Program-made: the position numbers and the translations under genes | Shown here: in pieces, positions 50,291-63,599 of the stretch | How the letters are laid out: each line of letters begins with the position of its first letter | Numbering within the stretch: position 1 is the stretch's first letter | The notes under the pieces: generated by a model | The model's database searches: none | What the model saw: only the letters and a program-made list of their open reading frames with translations | Told to the model about the DNA's origin: nothing | DNA from: Octopus bimaculoides | Lineage: Eukaryota | NCBI RefSeq assembly: GCF_001194135.2 | Contig: NC_068990.1 | Span: 67,499,696 to 67,563,294, forward strand | Direction of reading: 5' to 3' | Length of the DNA stretch: 63,599 bases

Positions 50291-52232
50291 CACTGTCGTC
50301 CTTATTTAATATCTGTATTCCATACTGGTATGCATTGAATGGTTTGACAGCATCCAGCAAGTTCAAGTTCTGCACTGAGCTCCAGTATCTGCTTTGGTGT
50401 GGTTTCTAGCTGGCTGTCCTTCCTAACACCAGTCAGTTTTTTTTTTGTGTAGTCTATGAGATGAATAGTTTCTTTAAGTCAGATTTTAGATTTTAAAATA
50501 CATCAATTTTTTTTAAAATGTGACCATTAAATGAAGGGATGTATTCAAAATATTGTACTGGGTGCTTTTTCCTGGCATACTAATGTGGCTGCTCATTAAC
50601 TCCCAAGGCAAGACCTGCTTGACAAGGTAGGAGTGAAATGCTGAATGAAACAGTTTTTTACCAAGGGTTGAAAAATTGAAGTATGATTGAGGGAGAGGAA
50701 CAGGTGTCCTTCTGTAGAGAAGATACATGGCTATCCCAGTAGAAAATAGAGAAAGGATGATGGTAATAAGTAATCAAGGAATACCTTCAAGATACAAGAA
50801 GGGGACTAAAGAGAGAACAAGGACATAGAATGGAAGAGGGCTGATTATGTATACTAAATTCCTGCATGCTAAACTTCTCACAGAACTCATCATCCATCTT
50901 ACTGATGATATCTCTATCTATATAGCTTGCTTGATTCTTGAAAGTCGTTTATTTACACCTAGTTTTCATAACAACCACTATCATAGATCTTGCTACTCCA
51001 GACTGATGTATACTTAAAATAGTAGCTTGCTCTTGGCTAAGAATTATTTCATAGTTCTATTTAGAACAAGACTTTAGTGGTACCCTGCTGTGGTACACAC
51101 CCAAGCAGGATCTCATGCAATCTAATTCTTTTCTTATAGCTTTCAGTGTTAAATCTCACTTTCTAGATGCTTTGTACTAAAATAATTACCTCATCTGAAA
51201 TTCCATTACAATCATCAAGGTTTTTTTTAAATTCCCAAACACTGAAAGGATGATAAAACACAAGTATAGAAATATAAACCATAAATCTAGAAGAAATATA
51301 ATCATTCTTTCATTGACTCTAATAGCACCATAAAATAAAATAGTTGATATCCATCAGAAAAAGTGGTTATAAAAACACAGCTATTGACAATAACATCCAG
51401 GATAAGTAAAACAAAGAAGACAGTGTTGTTATTTAAGGCATTGTTTTTCAGTGAAATAGGATATTTAGCAAAAACATATTGTTCATTTCCATCATATTTT
51501 ATGACTCAATCATACAGATAGCATTAAATTATTGATAGCTTTTATATCCCCATAGGCTGATATCATGTGCAGACTTTATAACGTGATAGTTTCAAAAAGA
51601 TTGTGTTTCTACTAAGCTGACTGTTCTTGACAAACATTTTAGCTGTCTGATATTTAAATATATTGGCAGTTTAAAGGGTGATTATAGTACTGAACTAACT
51701 CATCAAAGTTCATAGGTATAAACTTTAATATTGGCCTTGCATTATCCTCCATTATATTGCACTTAAGGAAATTTTTTTCTGTCTCAGACAATGAAGCTGC
51801 TAAATAGGTGCCATTTCCACTTTGTGACTACTCATAAACAGAAGCAATACATCATAGAAGCACTAACATAACTGTCATGTATATTACATTCCTGTTCTGT
51901 TATAATTTCTATTACAATTTCACATATCACATTATAAGGTTACCAAAAAGGTTTTTTAAAGTAAAAATTGTTATAGGCCTTGTAAAGTCATGTGCGAATT
52001 GGTTTCTTTACAGTTTCTTTTCTTTACATCTAATTCCTGGTAAAGGACTCTGCATAGAACATGTGGAAGAATTCAGGTAAGTGTTTATTCAGCATCACAA
52101 TGGATGCAAGAATCAGGTCAGTAAAGAATGTGTATGTTTGTGAAATGTATGGTGTCCAAGATCTTGTGTCCCCCAACCTTGTTATGCTTGAAAAGCCCAG
52201 GGACACCATATTCTTTCTTCAACACTTGATTA

Positions 52233-52264
<32 letters not shown>

Positions 52265-52266
<2 letters not shown>

Positions 52267-52470
52267 GTTTCAAATTTTTCCACAAAAGCAGCAATTTGGG
52301 GTGAGGGGATGAGTCAATTTCATCAACCCGAGTGTTCAGCTGCCACTTGTTTTATCAATCCTGAAAGGACGAAAGGTAAAGTCGAACCTGGCAGAATTTG
52401 AACTCAGGATGTGAAGGTAGATGAAATAGCACTAAGCATTTCACCCAGGTGGTAATGATTCTGCCATCCC
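52265..52470 (-). mobile_element. SINE family C copy
   Basis: ...CCTGAAAGGACGAAAGGTAAAGTCGAACCTGGCAGAATTTGAACTCAG... recurs near 1995, 2790, 14100, 20620, 37120 and 52520, typically next to (AAT)n. Confidence 0.65.
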
Positions 52471-53377
52471 ACCACTTTAATAATGATGATATTAACAATA
52501 ATAATAATAATAATAATAATCCTTTCTCATATAGGCACAGGGTCTGAAAATTTGGATGACGGGCTAGTTGATTTCAGCACTCAACTGGCATTATTTTATT
52601 AAACCCTTAGGGATAAAAGGTAAAATTGACCTTGGTGGAATTTGAACTCAGAACATACTGGGTGAATGAAAAACCATAAAGCATTTTGCCTAGTGCACTA
52701 GGCTTACTTATAATAATAATAATAATAGTAATAATAACAACAACAAAACATCACTAACCCTAAACAGCTTGCATTGATATTTTGTAAACTTATTTTATTT
52801 AATAAATGTTATATAAAGCACATATTAATAGAATAAATGTTCCATGTTTAAATGAAGATTTCCGAAATTTACTCACAGCACCAAAAATATGAAATAGGTA
52901 CAAATTTGAAGTTCACCCTGAGTAGATATACATAGTGTCTGAATATATACCTTTGTATATCTATCACATAAAGTGGAGGTTGTTATTTATTGATTTACAC
53001 TGCTTCATCAACTCAAATATTTGACTTGGAAAAAAGACAATATTTTGTCTGACATATTGTATTGAGTAAGAAAAAAAAAAATAAAAGAATGAAATTTAAA
53101 ACAAAAAGAGTAAAGAAAACAGTAACTACAAGAAGAATTCTATCAACAAAAATAAAAAAAGAAAAGGAAAAAAAGAAAAGAAGAAATAAAAGAAACAAGA
53201 ACCGAGAAAGAATCATATTGATTTTGCATGATTATGAAATATTTAGTTGTTTTGCAAGATCAAAGTTGTTGCATTCTTCTGGCAAACACTGATTAAAATA
53301 CAGTTAGGAAAGTTTTGTCAAACAAAATTATTTATTGAAACATCGAAGTGCAGAGAAGATTCCCATTTGTGTGTGCA

Positions 53378-53424
<47 letters not shown>

Positions 53425-54185
53425 ATGTGTGTGTGTGTGTGCATGTGTGTGATGTGTGTGTGTGTGTGTTGATGAAAATGATATCATTATTATATGTATC
53501 TGTATCAACAAATTTCAATAAGTATTCTCTCAGTTTGGAGTTAATGATTTTTCAACTTCAGTTCTATCAATTTATAACACAGATTCATATTCCAGTAAAC
53601 TCAATGAATCCATAAATACGTGCATAATTTTTAAAATCATTTTTCAGCCATGGGTCTGCAGCCAAGCCAGAGTACAACCTTGAGAGATTTTGTCGATCAA
53701 GTTGACCTCAACATTTATTTTTCAAGTCTGAAACTTAATCTATTGACCTTTTTTGCCAGTCTACACATTTTGGGGATGTAAACAAACCATCACTGGTTGT
53801 CAAGCCGTGATGGTGGAGACAAACACAAAAACACACACACATCATTCACATATACATAAGCCATAAATCACACACACATGCACACATAAACCACAAATCT
53901 ACGTGTGTGTGTGTGAATATATTCTTTTATTCTTTTACTTGTCTCAGTCATTTGACTGTGGCCTTGCAGCAGCACCACCTTAGGGGGTTTTCAAAGAAAG
54001 AGACACTAGAACATAATATTTGTGAGCTTAGTACTTATTCTATCAATCTATTTTCCTGAACTGACAAGTTACAGGGACACAAACACACCAGCATTGGTTG
54101 TTAAACAATGGTGAGAAGGGGACAAACACAGACACACACATACAAAAACACAGACACACAGACACACACACACACACATATATTA

Positions 54186-54500
54186 TCATCATCATCCTCG
54201 TTTAACGTCCGTTTTCCATGCTGGCATGGGTTGGATGATTTAACTGAGGTCTGCAGCAGGCTCCAATCTGATCTGGCAATGTTTCTACAACTGAATGTCC
54301 TTCCTGACACCAACCCCTCCAAGAGTGTAGTGGGTGCTTTTTACATGCCACTGGCACAGGAGCCAGTCAGGTGGCCCTGGCATCAATCATGTTTGGATAG
54401 TGTTTTTTATATATCACCAACACGGGAGCCAGGAGACATTGGCACCGATCATGTTTGGATGATGCATTTTATGTGCCTCCTGACTGGCACCCATTCCGGT
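54186..54500 (-). mobile_element. RTE-type 3' UTR copy
   Basis: CATCATCATCCTCGTTTAACGTCCGTTTTCCATGCTGGCATGGGTTGG... belongs to the same family. Other diverged copies lie near 14480-14570, 21890-22085, 29975-30210, 38490-38635, 50300-50430 and 63040-63250. Confidence 0.75.
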
Positions 54501-54519
54501 GGTTCATAAAATACATCAT

Positions 54520-54554
<35 letters not shown>

Positions 54555-55566
54555 CGACTGGCTTCTTTCAGTTTCTGTCAATCAAATCCACTCACAAGGC
54601 TTTGGTCAGCTTGACGCTATAATAGAAGACACTCACCAAATGTGCTACACAGTGGGACCGAATCTAAGAACATGTGGTTGGGAAGCAAGCTTCTTACCAC
54701 ACAGCCACACTTGCACCTATATATATTATATCATATCATCTTTTATATAGCCAATGGTTATAGCCACTCAGAAAGTTAGCATTGTTTTTAACATTGCTTT
54801 CAGCAGTATGAGTGATCCATCAGTCCTGCTGCTCAGAGGCACATAACTTCTTTACTAATGGAAGTAAGAATTCAGCACGCAACTGGAACACAAGTGGAAC
54901 CATTTAAAAGAAGAATTTTGTTTCAGTGAGGCTATTTTCCATCACTATGTAGACTAAAACAGTATACTTACTTCCAACAGCAAAAGAGCTATATGCCTCT
55001 GGCCAGTAGGTTCACTGAGTCACCCATATTGCTAAAAGCAATAATAGTCATGAAACCAATGGTAACTTCCTGGCAGGCCATACTTTGTAACTACATTGAT
55101 TTTTTTTTTGACTTATGAACAACTGATAGCTTACATCTTTTACTTGTTTTAGTCATTTGACAGTGGCCATGTTGGGGCACCGCCTTAAAGGGGTTTTAGT
55201 CAAACAAGTCAACTCCATGACTGTTTTTTTTTGTAAACATAGTACTTATTTTCTCGCTCTCTTTTGCTGAACCACTAATTTACAGTGATGTAAACACACC
55301 AACACTGGTTGTCAAGCAGTGGTGGGGTCCAAACAAAATAAAGATACAATGACACATATACACACATATAAATACACACACACACACATATATATGACAG
55401 GCTTCTTTCAGTTTCAGTCTATGAAATTGACTCACAAGTTGCCAAGGTATGTGTTTGGGAAACAAGTTTCTTATCACACAGCCATGCATGCACTTATAAG
55501 TGTGTGTGTGTATGTATATATACATACATATATANNNNNNNNNNNNNNNNNNNNNNNNNNNNNNNN

Positions 55567-55605
<39 letters not shown>

Positions 55606-55920
55606 CACACACGTACATATATTATATGATGGGATTCATTAAGTTTCTGTTTACCAGATTTACTCACCAAGTGTTGATCAGCCTGTAGCTGTAGTCGAAG
55701 ACACTTGCCCAAGTTGCATACAGTGGGATTGAACTCAAAACCAAAACAGATGGTGACAATTCAAGCTTCTTAATCACACAAGGATACAGCCATGCTTACA
55801 CCTATATATATATATATTTATTTGTTTGCATGTATTAACAAATTTGTATGTACATATATATATACATACATGTATATATGTGTATACATATAGATGATGG
55901 TAAGATAGATATATATATAG

Positions 55921-56330
55921 GCACAGGCATGGTTCTGCGGTAAGAAGCTTGTTTCCCAACCACATGATTCTGGGTTCAGTCCCACAATGTTGCACCTTGG
56001 GTAAGTGTCTTCTACTATAGTCTCAGGCTGACCAAAGCCTTGTGAGTGGATTTTATAGACAGGAACTGAAAGAAACCCATCATGTGTGTGTGTGTGTGTG
56101 TATGTGTCTGTGTGTGTGTGTCTGTGTTTGTTCTCCACCATTGCCTAACAACTGATGCTGGTGTGTTTACATTCCCATAACTTAGTGGTTTGGCAAAAGA
56201 GCCCGATAGAATAAGTACTAGGTTTACAAAGAATAAGTCCTGGGGTCAATTCATTCCAATAAAGGTGGTGCTCCGGCATGGCCACAGTCAATTGATTGAA
56301 ACAAGGAAAAAATAAAGAATAAAAGAATAT
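55921..56330 (+). mobile_element. tRNA-derived SINE, family A (complete copy, internal (TG)n)
   Basis: Head GGCATGGTTCTGCGGTAAGAAGCTTGTTTCCCAACC...GGTTCAGTCCC, then CACCTTGGGTAAGTGTC; tail GCATGGCCACAGTC...GAAACAAG. About 20 more whole or partial copies, e.g. near 3040, 5310, 11355, 11750, 12590, 18000, 30790, 31410, 34370, 35470, 38030, 39600, 42600, 53620-55800, 59460. Confidence 0.8.
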
Positions 56331-56752
56331 ATATATATANNNNNNNNNNNNNNNNNNNNNNNNNNNNNNNNNNNNNNNNNNNNNNNNNNNNNNNNNNNNN
56401 NNNNNNNNNNNNNNNNNNNNNNNNNNNNNNNNNNNNNNNNNNNNNNNNNNNNNNNNNNNNNNNNNNNNNNNNNNNNNNNNNNNNNNNNNNNNNNNNNNNN
56501 NNNNNNNNNNNNNNNNNNNNNNNNNNNNNNNNNNNNNNNNNNNNNNNNNNNNNNNNNNNNNNNNNNNNNNNNNNNNNNNNNNNNNNNNNNNNNNNNNNNN
56601 NNNNNNNNNNNNNNNNNNNNNNNNNNNNNNNNNNNNNNNNNNNNNNNNNNNNNNNNNNNNNNNNNNNNNNNNNNNNNNNNNNNNNNNNNNNNNNNNNNNN
56701 NNNNNNNNNNNNNNNNNNNNNNNNNNNNNNNNNNNNNNNNNNNNNNNNNNNN

Positions 56753-56813
<61 letters not shown>

Positions 56814-57557
56814 ATGATTTTCTTTTCCATGGTGGATAGTAAACATGTTGGAAAATTTATTTCAGTTTGTACATGCTTTCATGCATTTATTTACTTTTTC
56901 CTAGACCAGCTTCAATTTTGCATTGTCATAGCTGAGTTATTTTTTCTTTGTTTCCTGCCAGTTCTAGCTGTATTGCAGTTTATAGTCGAAAACAGCTTGG
57001 GTTTTCAATGTCTATATTTTATTGAGGAAAGAAAATTTCCTTTCTAAGAACTGTTAAAACAGATCATGTCAGGTATATTTGTCATTCTGCCAGTAGTAGA
57101 TAATGGAGGTTGTTTTTTAAGGCTTAACTAAACCCTACTCAATCTTCTCTAAAAGACTTGTGAGTAGCTTTAGCATAAACTTGTGGAGATAGAGCCATCT
57201 TTCATTTCATAAAAAAACAAATGTATTTCAAATTGTTTATATATATTATACAGACACGAACACTTATGCACATATGAATGTATGCATACATATATATATA
57301 CATATATATAATATATATACATGTATGTGTATGTGTGTATGTATATATATATGTTATATATAGATACACACATATATATACATTTCTCTTTCTCTCTCTA
57401 TCTCTCTCTCTCTGTATATATATATATATGTATATATATCTTGAAGCCATGATGAAATGACGACAAACATTATATATATACATACATATAATGTTGTTGT
57501 CACTTCAACCTGGCCCTTCTATACAAACGGATGTTACATATCAGATGCAGGCTACGT

Positions 57558-57710
57558 TGCTAACCAGGTAGAAGAAATGTCCTCTTGGGGTTAAGAAATT
57601 GCAGCAACATCTGTTCATGCAGAACAGCCATGTTGAATTGGTGACAAACATTAATTGCCAGGTCAGTTACTACTTTCATATCTTACAGAGATTTTATAAC
57701 TAGATGTTTA
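57558..57710 (+). repeat. Diverged member of the 17011/63443 family
   Basis: GAAGAAATGTCCTCTTGGGGTTAAGAAATTGCAGCAACATC resembles GGAGATGTCCTCCTGGGGCTAAAAGCAACAGTAACATC; ends at (TA)n. Confidence 0.45.
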
Positions 57711-59733
57711 TATATATATATACTGGAGTAAGCACATAAATGCAAAACAAGGTGGAGAAAATAGTACTCGAATACCGGAGGTAGAGTAATGTGTTTTATT
57801 GAAAGCTGTCCGATGAATGGGAACGTGAAACTCTGAGTAACAGTGTTTTTGATATTTCTGATGCTTTTCAATAAAGTATATATATATATATATATATATA
57901 TATNNNNNNNNNNNNNNNNNNNNNNNNNNNNNNNNNNNNNNNNNNNNNNNNNNNNNNNNNNNNNNNNNNNNNNNNNNNNTCTTATATATATTCACATATA
58001 CATGTGTGTGTGTGTGTGTATGCATATATATATATATTATAGATGAAGCAGATGGTAAAAAGTCTATGAAATTTGAATGTCACATTTGGTGTAAACACTA
58101 TACATTCACATACATACGCATATATAACACACACACACACTCATATATATGTGTGTGTTAGGTTGCTCTTATGTGTTAGTGGCATCATGTAACCCAGTAC
58201 AATCTGTCGCATGGTCAGGTCATTGGTGATTAAACCGGTAACCTCACCAAGCTTGCTTGTTGAGGAGGAAGATTACTGGACACTGTGTGGGCTGAAAATC
58301 AAGAACTGTTACAGGGTGGAGAAACTCATGTGAGTTAACAGCCATCCAATCGAGACCCGATATTCATCGGTCTTGTGGCATACTAGTACAAACAATTGCT
58401 ATTAGCAGTACTGAAAAGTGCAAATGGTCCTACACAAGCCATTACTACTTTAAACAAGTCACTGTGTGGGTTCTCCAAAGTATTTGCTTACTCTACTTTT
58501 TATCAAACTCATCCTGGAAAAAGAAAAGTAAAAGAGGAAAATAAGTAAAATTCTTTCGCCCCACCCATGCTTTGAATACAAAAGAATCCATCAAACATAC
58601 AAACATGCAGACAGACAGATATACATATATGTGTGCATGCATGATGCATGACTGTACTTTTCATTAAATGCCATATCAACTTTGGGGAATTCTTTGGACT
58701 GAGTAGCTGTATCTTAGACTTTAGACCCCTTCCATTGAGTTTACACCAAATAGCTTTACGGTTTTATAGTCAAAAGGAATTCACCTCTAATGCTCATTCT
58801 TCGTTTTTTCCCTTTCTTTTTCAGTTTCTTTCACCCTTCCACATTTTGCATCCATCTTCCTCTCATTTTTATTTTCATTTCTCTTGTTCTTTTCTCCTGA
58901 TATGTAAATTGCATAGGCCATGTGTTCAAAACCTAGGGATTGCTTGGAGACACTAGGCATATTATTAAAACCTGCCTAGAAAACATCTCCAATGTATGAA
59001 ACTATTAGTAACTCATAGCTATATACTGTGTACACTAAACAATATTCAGACAGAGTACATTTTTTGTTGATTTAACCTTAACAGAAAAGTAAACTATATG
59101 TATGTATATATGCATATAGTAGAATGGTCTGGAAGTTAAAGTTGCAGCAAAAGTTTCAATTAATTGAATGTCTTATTAAAAGGAAAGAGTTTAAGTGATA
59201 ACATGGTAACTGGATAAGATCTTTGGAAGGAGATTATTTAGGAACTGTTTTGTTGGTATACAAAAAATGAAAATTCATTTCTGTTCTGTCATGTAATCTG
59301 TGAAGACTCAATTACCTTAAACACCCCAAGTCTCTCTTGACCTACAGTAAATATATCTGCCTGTCTGTCTGTTTGTCTATCCATCTATCTGTCTGTCTGT
59401 CTGTCTATATATTTCCAATAACTGACTTTTGGCAATATTTCATTCAATACAGCTTGCTAATTTTATAAGCAAACTATAGCCAAATGCTTAAGATGATTGT
59501 TTTGCAACCACAAGTCCCAGGTTCAAATCCACTACATGGTCTCTTAAGTAAGCATGATTTTTATTGCTTCAGATTGATTTATATTTCATGAGTGAAACTG
59601 GAAAGGCAAAAGCTCTATAGAAACCCTTCACATGAATTGTATCTTTACTTCAGAAGTCAGGCTTTGGAATTATATTAAGGGTACTTGTAACCATGGGATA
59701 CTCAGATGTTTACACATTTTACACATTAATTTA

Positions 59734-59788
<55 letters not shown>

Positions 59789-60147
59789 CATATATATGTA
59801 TAGTTTACTTTTCTGTTAAGGTAAGATCAACAAAAATGTATTCCATCTGATGAGAGATAAATATCATTTAACGTACACAATATGTAGTTATGAGCTACTA
59901 ATAGTTTCGTACATTAGATACTTACTTAGTCTAGGCAGGTTTTTATAACATGCCTAATGTCACCATGTAATCTTCAGGTTTTGGTGCTCAGAGCCTCAAG
60001 ATTACTACATACTGTGTACATTAAATACGATATATGATCCATCCAACATAACTGAATAATTATTACTAACAGATGATTGGATCATCTATAACCTAACATG
60101 ATCATTGTAATTTTATTCGGTTTGTGTTCTTAACATGTAGAGATACT

Positions 60148-60161
60148 GTTTCCATGGTAAC
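60148..60161. promoter_or_regulatory. RFX X-box-like motif GTTTCCATGGTAAC
   Basis: Matches the established consensus GTTNCCATGGNAAC in non-repeat sequence; function untested. Confidence 0.35.
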
Positions 60162-61974
60162 AAAGTCGTATGTTACATGATGATTCACTCTCATATGAGA
60201 AAATCCATTTTACTGTATATACTACAGTGACCTGTTTAAAGAGGCTTACTGGATTTCCTGATAAAGGAAATCCACTTTCTATAAATTTAATCCTAATTTT
60301 CATCATCTTCATCATTTCCTCCATTAAGATTTTTTATTTTGTTTACATTGTTGTCAAAATTTTTCATTGGAATTAACAGTTACATAGGAATACATGTCCA
60401 CTTAAATCAGTAGTTCTTGAAGTGGGTGGTGAAAAATTTTACACTAATACTAGGGTCAAAATTTTACACAAATACTGGGGTCAACAGTCCAATCATGCTA
60501 GCATGAGAAGGAGATATGAATCGATAAAGATGGTTATTTTCAATTTATATCATCTGTGGTAATCATCTGGTAAGATTTATGGTTGAAATGTTGCTTTGAT
60601 TTTCGACATATATTAATGCAATGACTTACATACAAGTAATTCTTTTTTTAATGATAGCCAACTGATCATCTGCAACAACTTTTTAAAGGTTATATAATTT
60701 TGTTGAATCACACCAGGGGTGTTATTGACAAAGTGTTTGTAAAAGAAAATGGGTTTGAGTTAAAACATTTGGAAAGCACTAATTTAGAAGTTTTAATGAT
60801 AGGAAGATAAAGAGTGGGAGAACACAAAAAGAGATGAAGGAAGACAAAGGAAGAGATAATGTCTGCTAAAGTAGGATTTTATTCCTTTACAACATTGTCC
60901 TTAAACTAGAATATGATTTTCATGACAAAATGTTTTCATCATTTATCACCAATAACCTTCACAAGAACCAAAATGAATTATATGCGACCAAACCATTCCT
61001 TAGCCTGGAGCTGTTACAACAATAGTTACATTCTTTCTGAAACAAATATCAATTCTATCTTTTCTGCTACTCTGAAAATACTGTTTATTACTGCAAACAA
61101 CCACTGCTGCCACCATCACACCACCATCAACACTACTATCTTTTACACCTTTTTTTTTTTTGTGAAAAACCTTAAACATTGATGTCATCACTCTTACTAC
61201 ATTGACATTGCCAGCAAGATTGACTACTAAAATGCTCACATTACTACTATTGCTAATCCTACAAACATCCATCACTTCATGTATCTCACTACAACCTGAA
61301 CATACCTACATGAAGAAATGGACTTTCCTGGTTAACATGTCTTAAAAGTGCTACAATACGATAAGTCTTGTGATGCCCTTTAGAACCATATGGCTAGTGG
61401 GATTCCAACGATACTGGAGTTAGTGGAAATGTCTCTTGTCTCTCAAACAAAAATTACCTTGTCAAAAGCAATCGTTATTAATACACCAAGAGAGAAGTGG
61501 ATATCACACAGTTAGTAGAGAACTAACAGAAATATTCTTTATGCCTTACTATTCAGAGTCCCAAATCTATAGAGAATTTCCACACGCATACATACATTCA
61601 ATTTGATTTTTACATCTGTTTTCTACACTTATATATACATACATGCATACATACATACATACATATCAATAAATATATGTATAAATGCAAGTATGTGTAC
61701 CCTAATATGCAGATATTTATATATACATATATGTCTACACACACATTTAAGCTACAACCATTTCTTTTTCTCTTACAGTGTAACACATAGTTTCTGTATA
61801 TATTCTACCAGACTTAAATTTTCTACTTTTCTCAGCTATTTTCATTGCTTTTATTTTCAGTTTCATTTATTCCCTGTCTCTTATGATAATACTAATAGTG
61901 AAACTAAATAAAATACTAATACCAATGTTAAAAATAACAATAATGATCAAATAATAATAATGATATATAAAATA

Positions 61975-62017
<43 letters not shown>

Positions 62018-62436
62018 TTATTATTATTATGACGCTTGTTGGCTTTACTTTATATATATATATATNNNNNNNNNNNNNNNNNNNNNNNNNNNNNNNNNNN
62101 NNNNNNNNNNNNNNNNNNNNNNNNNNNNNNNNNNNNNNNNNNNNNNNNNNNNNNNNNNNNNNNNNNNNNNNNNNNNNNNNNNNNNNNNNNNNNNNNNNNN
62201 NNNNNNNNNNNNNNNNNNNNNGTTCTCAGAAATGAAGGAATTTATTCAGGAAAAAAATAAAAGAAATATGAAAAATATGAATTACGTCTTCTCTTTAAAA
62301 TGTTTGAGAGTTCTGTAATTCATGAAACCCGAACGATGGAATTTGATTCCTTGTACAAACTCTCACTTTTTGCTCCTCTCGACTTATATTCAGTATTGAC
62401 CCTGCCTCCACCTGTATCTCCCAGTTGAATCCTGGA

Positions 62437-62730
62437 AAAATGCCCCAGGAAAAAATGCCACTTTAAAAATGCAACTAACAGTTTGTTAAACTACCCTAGT
62501 AGCATAGTGTAGCGATGTGTTTCAATAAAGATGTGAGTACATTTTGGAGGTAGAGTGAATGTAAAATTGTAATTACCTACATCTATTCCTATTTTGGAAA
62601 AATTTGAACATGGACTCCATTTTTACCCATGATACTTTATTGTTGAATTTTTACAAGTGACCTTTTTGCTGTCACATTTTTACTGTAACATTTTTTCCTG
62701 TGGCATTTTCCCAGTGGCATTTTTCTTGGT
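62437..62730. mobile_element. MITE-like element with subterminal GGAAAAATGCC repeats
   Basis: GGAAAAATGCCCCAGGAAAAAATGCCAC at the left; GTGGCATTTTCCCAGTGGCATTTTTC at the right. Confidence 0.5.
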
Positions 62731-63442
62731 CACTTTTCCATCACTGGGTCAACCTCTATCCCCATCTCTAAACAACAGTCATACTCCTTTCACATACTCA
62801 TGAAACTAACTTATCACCATCACCCACTCTTTTTGTTACTCCCTTCTCTATCTTATATTCACCTTGAGCCTCGAAGGTACATTCTTGCTGTTTATCTCTT
62901 TCCAGCTAGGGTAGCCATGTAGCTCTTCTGCAAGATACCTGTTACTGTCCCCTTGTCATACTTTAGCCTCTCAATACTTGGTATAAAACAAACTTCCTAC
63001 ATACTGAAGTGCTATTATATTATGACTTGCAAGATACTTGCTGACTTCACTAGAGCTGGTGTCATGAAAAAGCACCCAGTACATTCTGTAAAGTAGTTGG
63101 TGTCAGAAAAGAAAGCATCCAGCAGTAGAAAACATGTGAAAGAAGTCACTGGAGTTCAGCACAATCCTTTGACTTACTGGTTCTTGTTCTACCATCCAAA
63201 CTATGGCAGCATGGAATACAGATATTAAATGACAATCATAATAATGATAATGAGTTCTGCAGAAATACACTATTTTTGGTTACATTATATCTTAAAATAA
63301 TGAAATGGAGAATTTACTAAAAAAACTATCATTGAACCGGTATTTGGATCATAATTTTATATGAAATTCCTTTGAGAGAAGGAATCCACCTGGTGGTCAT
63401 TCCTCTTTATACATATTTATATATATATATATATATATATAT

Positions 63443-63599
63443 AAGCAATGTTAATTCTCTAAATGAAGTATTAACAGTAACTGCACGATAAAGTGTAGTA
63501 TATTGCCACTTAAGTGTGGCTGACCCCTAGGGGTGGATGTTACTGTTGCTTTTAGCCCCAGGAGGACATCTCCTCCAGCTGGCTTATCGACACACGACT
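63443..63599 (-). mobile_element. Same young repeat, running off the window end
   Basis: Reverse complement is identical to 17011-17145 plus 22 further 5' nt; abuts (TA)n. Confidence 0.75.

Noticed and set aside
50994-51008. 15-nt exact match (TACTCCAGACTGATG) to the start of the 27161 hammerhead
   Set aside because: No stem II, GAAA or stem I partner follows; at most a fragment.

Overview
AT-rich, repeat-dense animal genomic DNA with many N gaps and (TA)n/(CA)n microsatellites. The SINE, RTE and Penelope repertoire suggests a cephalopod such as Octopus (inference, not checked by search). Almost all ORFs in the supplied track are microsatellite or gap artefacts. The only confident host-gene coding sequence is one 180-nt phase 1-1 exon encoding a complete Sushi/CCP domain on the minus strand (43916-44095), so most of the window is probably intron or intergenic. 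The rest is SINEs, RTE-LINE ends, a decayed mariner, MITEs, a Helitron-like element and Penelope-like (PLE) remnants. The most interesting locus is 24450-27370. It contains (1) a decayed PLE-like endonuclease tail with a degenerate hammerhead ribozyme, (2) a 161-bp near-perfect inverted repeat, (3) a ~348-nt repeat unit carrying an intact minimal type I hammerhead, and (4) an ORF1-only (RRM-like + CCHC knuckle, no RT) L1/Tx1-type element inserted into that unit with an 11-bp target-site duplication ending 6 nt before the ribozyme. Related, apparently young repeats (135/135 identical) occur at 17011 and 63443. Coordinates of decayed repeats are approximate, and all alignments were made by eye.
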